From Marsupella aquatica (lineage: Eukaryota; Plantae; Marchantiophyta), in contig OZ316897.1 of assembly GCA_973895155.1 (NCBI GenBank), forward strand, positions 7,802,470 to 7,866,469: DNA of 64,000 nucleotides, given 5' to 3'. Each line of letters begins with the position of its first letter. The stretch's first letter is position 1. The notes under the pieces are model-generated. The model was not told where the DNA came from, did not search any database, and worked only from the letters and a program-made list of their open reading frames with translations. The translations under genes and the position numbers were made by a program. This document shows, one piece after another, positions 54,201 through 63,450 of this stretch.

Positions 54201-55102
54201 ATCTCATAACTTTTCAAAGGCAATTCAGATTCAAACGAGTCATGGAGGATGGAAACGAAGAGACAACATTTCACGGGAAACATCTTTCCACGACCCAGGA
54301 TTGGGGAGATGCAGTGACATTTGTCAATTACATTCCAACTTCAAGAATGTGGGTTGCTACACAAATGTCACTGAAGTCAGCAAAAGGTGTTGAGAGGGAT
54401 GACATCCATGATTCTTCCAATACAGATGGTGCGTTAACTACTCTGGTAAAATATGAAAAAGCTATTCAGGAAGGTTTCAATTACTTTGACAATGAAGACA
54501 AACTTTGGTGGATGAGCTTTTTTGAGAAACAAAAAGATATTATCAAAAACCACCTAGAGGAAGGTGAGTGGTTATTTGAGTGGGTTTGGCCGCAACAAAA
54601 TCAAGGCGCAACACTTCGAAGGGTGAGAAATGATCTTGTTGAAGGTGTTGATCCAACTTTGGTTGACAAAGTTGCTGGACCACAGAGAATTATGTACTCC
54701 GGACCTCGACGAAAGCAAGCTGAATTTGGAGATTTCAGAGATATGGAAGTTAACAATAAGTGGTCCATGATATGTGTAGCGGCACACAAGGATCCAGAAG
54801 GCAAGTTGTTTTGGATGGCAAAGGTGTCAAAGATTTTGACAAGAACTGCAGACATTCCTGAGAGAATCAAAATCACATGGTACACAACTGAGGCAAGTGC
54901 TGAGTCTGCTATTGATGGGAAATATTTTCCAGAGAAAGATAATATATCTAATCGACTTCTCCAAGATGAACTAGTTTTATCATCAACAGCGGTGTATGCA
55001 TACAACTTTGCACTTTTAAGTACTAATCAAATAACAGCAAAAACTAAAAAGATTATAGAGTCTGCTATATTAGAGCGAGGTTCTTCACCTTCAGAGGATT
55101 GA
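51221..55102 (+). pseudogene. DUF7869-type (Sola-like) DDD transposase, ~1250 codons, one intron, three in-frame nonsense codons
   Basis: Five track ORFs join into one coding sequence across TAG 52697-9, TGA 53066-8, TGA 54131-3 and intron 53394-53507. Motifs CCDKFC...C, RFSTCGPC, IDGMDQKKT (D1), LYLQLDNTTRENKN (D2) and FLLVGHTHDQIDQMFS (D3). C-terminal FWMAKVSKI...KITWY is an SH3/Tudor-like module. Confidence 0.85.
51738..52108. repeat. Four ~38-bp DNA palindromes embedded in the transposase ORF at exact 111-bp spacing
   Basis: Cores gggatccgtggatccc (51749), gggatccatggatccc (51860), gggatacgtggatccc (51971) and gggatccatcgatccc (52082), with outer arms such as GAATAC...GTATTC. Two related copies lie upstream at 50710 and 50795. 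Confidence 0.88.
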
Positions 55103-55113
55103 GATTGATGTCC

Positions 55114-58100
55114 TTAAACAGGTACTACATGCATCAATTTTAGAATTTGATCTCGAATGAATTTTCTAAGGTTACATGCTCTTTTAGAGTTGTACCATTT
55201 TTCGGTAAATAAAGACTGTGCATCAAGGCATTGTGTAATATGCCATTGAATTCTGATTTCGTCCATATTTTGAAGAACAAATAGACCACAATCTGAATTG
55301 TTTGGTTGTTGAGGTACCTGAGAAAGAATCTTAAAGTTAGTCCAAAGTGTTTAATAATTGAACTAAATAAAAGTTGAAATAACTTTTCAAATCCTTACCA
55401 TTGGATTGTAAATCTCCACAACTCCCATTGGAACTTTTCCAAAAAATAATTCCCATTCCATTGTAAAATATCTGCAAATTATCATTCAAAGTTCTTAGTC
55501 CAAAGTGTTTATATTTATATACCACATAAATAATTTAAAATGGAAAAAATATAATAGAATATATACATACCTGCTCAATATTGATCCAATTACATGGGTT
55601 GAGTGTAGACCGGCAAGAGAGTCTAGATGATACATTTTGATTGAAGATTCAATCCGATCCAAACATATTACAACCAGACTCCAGTGCATGTTCATGTGAA
55701 TTGGCATGAGAATGATCTCAATTTGGGAAAATGGTGGCTTGTAATAATTCCGCATCGTTTGAATTGAATCCATCAAGGTCTCAACTGGTTCTATTTCAAT
55801 CCTTGAAACAAGCCAAGGGTAAAAAAAAGAGGATAATGTGTTTACTGGGGGAGCCAGATCTCCATGTTCCTCGGTTATTAATTGTGGATAAAATTCCATT
55901 ATTTCATCACCCAAATATTGATCGGGTTCAAGTTGGCTCAATATTTTATTGTCCAAAAGAAACCCACTAGAAGGATTGTGTGAGAATCTATGCAGAACAT
56001 GTTTCAATACAAAATCCTCCTTTGGTTCCTGCAAAGGCATTACTTTGTCCAATCATAATCTTCCTCAATATTTCACAAGTTTGGATCAATCGATACAACA
56101 TGAGAGAACTAATGAAACTAAAGTCTACACCTCAAGGAATGAGCCAAGATCAAGTGCCGGAGCTTCATGTTCAACTTCATCCTCTTCATCCTCATCATTG
56201 TCGTTCTCCTCCGCAGTTGTAATGATGCAAGTTCCAGTGGTCAGGGTGCTCGTAGTACCACCAATAGGTGGTTGAACCTCGAAGCTCATGGGTCCTGTAC
56301 CCTCCTCTGTTGCTTCATCATTCAAGTCCCATGATTCATCCAGCGTGAAAAGTCGGGTCCGGATACAATCCACCTGGCTTGAACTGAGCTCCACGGCTGT
56401 CACCGGACGTTTCCCTAACAAGGCAGCGCATGAGGTCGAACCACTCCCCGCACATAAATCAGCAACCCAATCCTCGGCTTCACTAAAATGTTGAATGAAC
56501 CAATCTGCTAGAGCTATCGGCTTCTGGTAAGGGTTCACTATTTCCCCCAATGGTGTTACACATTTTTTTGTAACACAAGGGACTTTTATGATGTTTACCC
56601 TTTTCTCATCATGTTCAAAATTGTACATGTCTCTGGTCCTAATACCACTCTCGTGATAATATCCGATTGACCAATTTTCAAAAGCCCAAGCCAACCGATT
56701 CCCTGAAGGATGAGCATGTACATTTGGCTTCTCCCAAATTCCAGCCTCTACACCTGCATTACAAGTTTTTCCCAGGGCATTCATCACAGACCAAGTTTGC
56801 TGCAAAGAGTGAATCACAACAAACCTCCACATCTTTGAACTTGTCACCTTGGCAAAACACTTCACCATATCCACAATATCACTCTCTGAAAATGGGACCT
56901 CATCATTTTCAGAGCCTAGCGCATTGAATCCATAGGGAATGTCTACAATTGCAAGTGTGTAATTCCTTTTCTCTACAAACTTATCCAGCGCCCTGATATC
57001 TCCACAATGCAATGTATATCTGATGAAATTTCCATCAGCGTTTTTCCATCAATGGTCACTCGACTCTGCTTCAACCGTTTCAATCCCACGACGACGGTTG
57101 TAGTTCTCAATCGCTTCTTGAATATAATTCTTAAACCCCGGGGGAATAACACTCGAAGTCAGCTCCTCCGAAGGCTTCTCAACCGCATCGGCACCGACTG
57201 CATCTTTGTTCTTCTTCTTCAAAAAAGCTTTCAACTGCAAATGCAAAATTGTTAAAAGAATCCAGAGAAAAGACAATGGGGAGAACCATTTGGGATTTCA
57301 AACAATCAAATCTGGACGACGAATGCGACATGGGATACCCCGTATCCCACTTCGCATTCGACCAAGCAAAAACCACATTGAAATGTCACCAACGTCAAAT
57401 AACCACAAGTAAATCCGAGATGGGATACCCCGTATCCCACTTCGCATTCGACCAAGCAAAAACCACATTGAAACGTCACCAACGTCAAATAACCACAAGT
57501 GAATCCGAGATGGGATACCCCGTATCCCACTTCGCATTTGACCAAGCAAAAACCACATTGAAACGTCACCAACGTCAAATAACCACAAGCGAATCCGAGA
57601 TGGGATACCGCATATCCCACTTCGCATTCCACCGGGCAAAAACCACACTGATACATCAACGTCAAATAACCACAAGTGAATCCGAGATAAGATACCGCGT
57701 ATCCAACTTCGCATTCGACCAAGCAAAAACCTCATTGAAACATCACGAATATCAAATAAACACAAGTGAATCCAAGATGGGATATGCCGTATCCCACTTC
57801 GCATTTGACAGCGCAAAAACCTCATGGAAACATCATAAACGTCAAATAAATCCGAGAAAAGTCCAATCAATGGAAGGGGAGAACATACCACATCGGACAA
57901 CTTCCCACTCCATCTTTCAAGCTCGGTAGATTCTGTTTCTTTCGAAAACATTTGTTTGCAAGTCGCCCAGTCTGGCTGCCCTGATAACTGAACAAAAAGC
58001 TTGCTGATTTTCACTAGTTTCTTGTAACTCTCGGCTTCTTTTGCCATCTGCTCCAAAGAGATCATCCGGTCCTTCACTCGTAGAAGAAGGGACTCCAAAA

Positions 58101-59823
58101 ATCGGTCGTGTTCAATTCCCTGAATTGCTCTCCAAGGTGTCAGGGTAAGGCCCCCTGCAAGCTTATTCAAAGCTTTTGGAATCGACTGCGCTTTTCCTTT
58201 TTTCTTGAGTTTCTTGATCGGTGACTTCTGCTTATTCTGCCCTTGGATCTCCAACTTGTTCCACATCTCAAAGATCTGGTCTTGGAGTTCCAAGACCTTA
58301 CCCGACCTAAACGCAATTTGGAAGAGAGGTTCATGCTTCTTTAGGCTTGTGGCATCCCCCGGAAAAAACCCGTCAAGGCAAACCTCCATCGCACACGTTT
58401 CTCTAGTCTCCTTGGTTTTTGCCATACCTCTGGCAAGGAAAATCTTATGCATTGTTCGGATTTGATCAATGTTGTTCATTTTTTTCCTGTACTCCTGATC
58501 AATATTATGTTGGATGCTAAGTTTCTGAATGTCCTCCCTTGTGAGACCAGCATACACCCAAGCTTGTAGTTCATTGAAGATCTCTCTCCCATAAGCCTGA
58601 TACAATTCTCTCTTAGCCCGAGCACCGTGATTACCTCCAATCACTCGATATCTCCAGCTCGTTGCCTTTTCTGGATCCCAATCTGTCACTGTCGGGCAGT
58701 CTTCGGGGATCACAAACAAGACAAATGGCATGGTGAAATTTGTTGGATTCATTTTCATCAAAGTCTTGATGTTCTCCACATGCAAGTGATCTACTGTTCG
58801 AACCAACGTTGAGTTCTTGTCGTCAATATCGTCAACAAGAAGCAGGTTAGTTGTTTTCAGAATAATAGTTGTCTTCTGAACTCTCTTGGTCTCCATCAAC
58901 CGAGACACTTCCCGCTGCAAAGCTGTGGTGATATCTGTTGAATCGTTTTTCTTTTCTTTCACAGCACCCCTAGATGATAGAGAAGGCCCACCTGACGAAG
59001 TTGAAGGAATTTGAGACGATGTCTATGAAATTGGTGGGACCAAAGATGAGACAACACTTCCGGGTGCAGATGGTGCGCGCTTATGGATGAGACGTTGATC
59101 CAGTTTCTTCTTGCCAGCAGCTTCTCCTGACACCGCTGCTTTAGAACCTTCCCCGGAGAGTTGATCTGCAAGCTTCCTTTTTTCCGGTTCCTTAAAAGAA
59201 CCTGTGGCAGATTTCTCCTTTGTCGTGGGCGTTCCAGACATCTCCCCTGACTTTGAAGCCGGATCGGTAGGCTTCGTCACTTTCAACTTCAGAGGATGCT
59301 CTTTGACGCCAAAGTCGGCTCCAACGACGGACCTATATGCTACCTTGGTAAAATCCTCAACAACCCTCCAAGACTTCAAGACAAATTTCAAACACCAATA
59401 AGAAAAGTCCTCAATCTCCGGCACTTCCAAAATTAGCTTGCAGATCGGGTCATCAGGAAATGTGTTCATCGAGACCCGATCGAGTTTCTCGTAGTTGAGG
59501 ACAACTACAGTGAAGTCATTATTCGGAAGAATGCAAAGGTACATCGGAATCTTCTTCGGCTGTTTGGTTTTTGCGTCGGTGATATCTGCCTCCGCAGTGT
59601 CCACGACTAATCCATAATGGCAATGGTCTTTACCCTTAACTATAACCAGCCATACCGCTGGACCGTCATAGGCTCTATGAATATCCATCGCCCGGGCATC
59701 CCTAAAGTACCACCTATTCCGAACGAGTTTCTCCTCGGTGTAAAGGTCCTTCTTCCAAATCTCATCGACGATAGACGTCCGTGAAGATTCGGTCGAACCA
59801 GACGACTTTGATTTGTTCGACAT
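55114..59823 (-). pseudogene. Spliced fusion gene: PWWP/SH3-like + ParB/Srx-like + beta-class N6/N4 DNA methyltransferase + acidic linker + Ulp1 (C48) SUMO protease
   Basis: Exons 59823-57889, 57234-56131, 56028-55571, 55471-55399 and 55317-55114 are GT-AG and phase-consistent. ParB-like YRVIGGNHGARA...AWVYAGL...QHN. MTase motifs in beta order: IV DIPY, X NPYQKP, I DLCAGSGST. Ulp1 YLGDEIMEFY, SSFFY, HWSLVVI, HLDSL and PQQPNNSDCGLFV. Lesions: TAG 59023-5, TGA 57049-51 and a 1-bp frameshift near 57025. Confidence 0.85.
57320..57858. repeat. Six-unit 90-bp tandem array of palindromes inside intron 57235-57888
   Basis: Unit begins cgaatgcgacatGGGATACcccGTATCCCacttcgcattcg. Cores at 57332, 57422, 57512, 57602, 57689 and 57779. 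Confidence 0.95.
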
Positions 59824-59910
59824 GTTCCTGTAAAAGATTGACACAGAACCACGGTGTAAACATACAATAGTTGAACTGCCTTGAGTCATACAAAACACAA
59901 AAAATAGGGA

Positions 59911-60262
59911 GTTGAATGCGAAATGGGATACGCGGTATCCCACATCGCATCCAACATCAACAATTGCCTCAAGTCTCACACAAAACACAAAAAATAGGGA
60001 GTTGGATGCGAAATGGGATACGAGGTATCCCTGTTCGTATCCAACATCATCCACTCGGCTCTTTTTGCAATGATCCTGTGCAAAGGCGCTAAACCCTAAG
60101 CATCAGGAATAAAAGACCATAGAGATGTAGTTGAATCCGAAATGGGATACGCGCTATCCCATTTTGTATTCAAAGTCAAACAGCCAGGAGGTTCCGATGG
60201 AATACTAAAAAGAGGGTGTTGGATGCGAGATGGGATACGCGGTATCCCATCTCGTATTCAAC
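59911..60262. repeat. Four palindromes in the putative 5'-UTR intron (59828-60368) of the fusion gene
   Basis: gttgaatgcgaaatGGGATACgcgGTATCCCacatcgcatccaac-type copies. Cores at 59925, 60015, 60144 and 60232. Confidence 0.92.
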
Positions 60263-60741
60263 ATTGAAAAGTTCTGTTCTTCGAATAGAAGGGCAAAGAA
60301 TAGGCGTATCCCGCTCAGGATTCAACAAGGAAGTGCGCCAAGGAGGGCAGCGTTTCTTGAGGTTTTACCTATTTTTTTGTTTCGATTCGAGCAAATATGA
60401 AAAGCTATGGAGATGTTGAGGGCCGAGAAAAATGCGGAGGCAAACAAAGTTGAGAAGGAAAAGAAATGAGTGTGCACTTTCTGACCAGGCACTGCTATTT
60501 ATACTTTATCACCTTCGTATCCACAGGCGATAAGGTGTATCCAAAGGCGGAGGGTTGGAGTCCGGGTCTATTTATACTTTTTTCGCTTGATAGGACTTTG
60601 TTTCTGACTAGATTTAGATTAGGCATATCCCCAAGTCCTTGGATTAAACCAAATAGATTTTACGCTTAGCGAATGGGGTTGATGTAAGGGTAGAATCACA
60701 AAACTCTTTATTCATCCGGAATTGTGCCACAAAATAAAGCT

Positions 60742-61281
60742 CTAAGCTTCCCCATACATTTCCAAGAGCCTTGCTTGCTCATCTTTCTCAAGATTGTGCC
60801 AGTCTTCTTGAAATCGATTTAGGTCAGACCTTGAAAATAAACCTAAGAAATTGATTGGAGGAAGATTCGGTGTTTCCATCCTAACAAAAGCTTCAATATG
60901 AACATTTTGAAGGGGTTTTCCATCGGGAATGCTTGTCAGCATTTCATTTACTTCCTCAAACTGGCTTCTTGCTAGTCTAAGAATACCCCAAACTCGTGTA
61001 CAAATTACGAGCTGGTTCCATTTCTTGGAGGTGCATCCAAGCCACACCATGGTTTTTAATCGCATCAATCTTTCATCAGCTTGGTTCTTGGAGGAATCAA
61101 ATTCATCCTCTATACAACAAACTTTCAAAATGGGCCAAATGAATGTTTCAACAATCTCATCAGGAAGTCCATCCAAAAGCAATCCGGATTCCCTTTGGCC
61201 ACTTTTCTGCTGAATTTGTTTCTTCTCTTTGTCGAATGACATCGCTAACCTTGTAAAGACAGGGTTCTCAGTGACAGCCAT
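60742..61281 (-). CDS. F-box-like protein carried by the transposon
   Basis: LLDGLPDEIVETFIWPIL...LGCTSKKWNQLV...VW matches the F-box consensus (LP.EI...I......CKRW..L) with an insertion. The ORF is intact from ATG 61281; a 5' exon is possible. Confidence 0.65.
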   Translation of the reverse strand: MAVTENPVFTRLAMSFDKEKKQIQQKSGQRESGLLLDGLPDEIVETFIWPILKVCCIEDEFDSSKNQADERLMRLKTMVWLGCTSKKWNQLVICTRVWGILRLARSQFEEVNEMLTSIPDGKPLQNVHIEAFVRMETPNLPPINFLGLFSRSDLNRFQEDWHNLEKDEQARLLEMYGEA

Positions 61282-61579
61282 TCCAAAATAAGAGTGGATA
61301 CCTGGAGTAATAAATGAGATGGTGAGCACTTTTTCAGCAACCTACAAAACAGTGATGGAAAAACTGATTTTATTTCTTAAGAGAAAAATATAATCACAAA
61401 ATTTTTGACCCAAGAACGTTCACCTAAACACTACACACTAATCAAGAAGATTCAACGCAATAAGTTAACCCAAGGATCTTCGTTCCAAATCCGACAACAC
61501 AAATATGCTAATCGATGATATTTGTTTCGGGCATCACGACAATAATTACAAGAAGAATTAACAGAGTGCAGACAACCAC

Positions 61580-61777
61580 TCAAACATATTCTCGACCGAA
61601 TTGGAACTCCGTCTTCATTTTTTCACAAAACTCTATTCGGAGTGGATTCAAACTATCATGCGGATCCACGCCTCCCGTCCATAGCGCTCCTAATCCAGGA
61701 CGGAGAACTTTGAGTGAAACTAATCGCTTATACAATCGACGAGCACGTTTCTCACGGTTTTGATTCTGGACCGCCAT
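61580..61777 (-). CDS. Small basic 65-aa ORF upstream of the F-box ORF, function unknown
   Basis: MAVQNQNREKRARRLYKRLVSLKVLRPG...; lies just downstream of a putative intron acceptor at 61875. Confidence 0.3.
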   Translation of the reverse strand: MAVQNQNREKRARRLYKRLVSLKVLRPGLGALWTGGVDPHDSLNPLRIEFCEKMKTEFQFGREYV

Positions 61778-61938
61778 TAGACTCACAAGAGAAAATGTCG
61801 TTTTTCCTGGAAAGAAAAAGCTTGAGTCACTGAAAGGCAGCAAAAGCTTCAGTGCGTGTTTAGTTGAACTTCGCCTACGAAACAATCAGCAATCCATAAG
61901 GTTTTTCCCATGACAAGAAAACTCTAGTGAGATAACAA

Positions 61939-62410
61939 AAGATACCCCGTATCCCACTTTGCATCCAACCTCCTTTTTTAGCTAAAGAGAGACCAAATCT
62001 GGATATTTGAAGGTTGAATCCCAAACGGGATACGCCGTATCCCATTTCGCATTCAACGTTGAGGTTTTGACATTTGGAGGCTAAGATACTTCATATTCGG
62101 AGGTCGGATGCGATATGGGATACCCCGTATCCCACTTCGCATCCAACCTCCTTTTTTCATTGAAGAGAAAAAAAACTGGACATTTGAAGGGTGAATCCCA
62201 AACGAGATACGCCGTATCCCATTTCGCATTCAACGTTGAGGTTTTGACATTTGGAGGTTAAGATACTTCATATTCGGAGGTTGGATGCGATATGGGATAC
62301 CCCGTATCCCACTTTGCATCCAACCTCCTTTTTCAACTAAACAGAAACAGAAACTGGATATTTGAAGGTTGAATCCCAAACGGGATACGCCGTATCCCAT
62401 TTGGGATTCG
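61939..62410. repeat. Six palindromes at 87-90-bp spacing (177-178-bp dimer unit) in putative intron 61875-62438
   Basis: Cores at ~61939, 62027, 62117, 62204, 62294 and 62382, e.g. ggaggttggatgcgatatGGGATACcccGTATCCCactttgcatccaacctcc. A further single copy is at 62734. Confidence 0.93.
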
Positions 62411-62889
62411 TCCTTGCCATTTGCATGAAGATTCTCACCTGTTAGTCAAATCTGATTTTCGGGAAATACGAGTTTGTATAGACGGTGGGCATTCGTCGAG
62501 AGGAAGAGGATAGTGAGCGAGGAAAAATGAGCGGAAAATTTTCAAGCGGGGATCTCCTATTTATAGTTTTCGACCTGACCGTGGTTATTATTTGACTGCA
62601 GTTGCAGCGCAGTTGGTTAAATGTTACCGTTGAGAAGAATCGTTTGGGAATATTCTTAACGGGTAAAACAACATCGGCACTTTTACTGCGTTTGTTTTGT
62701 TTTTTTTTGGAATTCCGCGGTTGGATCCGAAATGGGATACGCCGTATCCCATCTTCGTATTCACTTCGATTTTTCCCGTTTTTCAAAACTGAAAATCTAG
62801 TTTTTTTAGGGGGAATACTAATTCCGTATCCAAGACTTTTTTGCCTTAGAAACTTTTTTCGCCGCGGGCAAAACGAGAAGTGTGGTCAC

Positions 62890-62916
62890 ACTTCTCGTTT
62901 GGTCCGTCACTGTGTT
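62890..62916 (-). repeat. Right TIR
   Basis: acttctcgtttggtccgtcactgtgtt followed by TSD ttga. Overlaps a perfect 14-bp-arm hairpin at 62871-62900. Confidence 0.9.
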
Positions 62917-63450
62917 TTGAGCATAATTGTTGACAATATTTATAGAGGACAAAAACGTCCATTGGAAAAGAGGCAGACCACAGAATAGAAGGAAGTGATC
63001 AAGAAAGAAAATGCCTTGCATAGTGCTTTGCCATTCAAGAAGGTGAAGGTGGTGAAGGATAGCACTCAAGAGTTTCTGGACAGAGTAGCAAATGAGCACA
63101 ACGTAGGAGGTAAACAAAGTTGCAGAAGTAAACATAAGGTCATTGTCATGCAAGACGGCACATCAATCCCAGAAAAGACAAAGAAGGGAAAAGGGGTTTC
63201 CACAAAGCAGAAGCAGTCTCTGACTATAAAGACAACAGTCATGCAAAGTCCAACTACAAATGACAATGTTACCCCATTTGGCATTTTAGATTTGAATGTG
63301 CCTGCAAAATATTTGGATGGGATGTCGGAGTGGCCTCACAATGTCCCCTTAAAGGTTGGCGCCCCCTCCATGAATGTGTACAACCTTCAGTACTGGGATG
63401 CATCAGCATTGTCCTACCTGAAGGAAGTGGCCGATGACAAAGAGAACTAG
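62917..63450 (+). pseudogene. 3' remainder of the interrupted MULE transposase gene
   Basis: Continues the frame of ORF 49737 across the insertion, then through TAG 62986-8 in frame into ORF 62995-63450. Confidence 0.75.

Larger units (their letters stand above)
50161..62916. mobile_element. Full-length 12,756-bp TIR DNA transposon (DUF7869 / Sola-like) carrying a ParB-MTase-Ulp1 fusion gene, an F-box gene and palindrome arrays
   Basis: 27-bp TIRs (26/27 identical) and TTGA TSD at 50157-50160 and 62917-62920. Removing the element and one TSD restores the host MULE reading frame (...NSQKRHL-S-IIVDNIYRGQKR...). The Sola-like assignment is inferred from the DDD motifs and 4-bp TSD. Confidence 0.9.

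Noticed and set aside
57249-57929. Repetitive ORFs (226 aa on +, 138 aa on -) and the WLFDVGDVSMWFLLGRMRSGIRG tail of ORF 57298-58962
   Set aside because: These are by-products of a 90-bp (multiple of 3) tandem unit. A good donor at 57888 and acceptor at 57235 remove the region in frame.
55114-59823. Bacterial or phage contamination, or a restriction-modification operon
   Set aside because: The gene has phase-consistent spliceosomal introns and a eukaryote-type Ulp1 domain, and lies in a TSD-flanked insertion within a plant MULE. No restriction endonuclease seen.
57320-62410. Palindromic repeat plus ~45-bp spacer arrays resemble CRISPR arrays
   Set aside because: Spacers within an array are copies of each other rather than unique, no cas genes are present, and the arrays lie in spliceosomal introns of a eukaryotic transposon.
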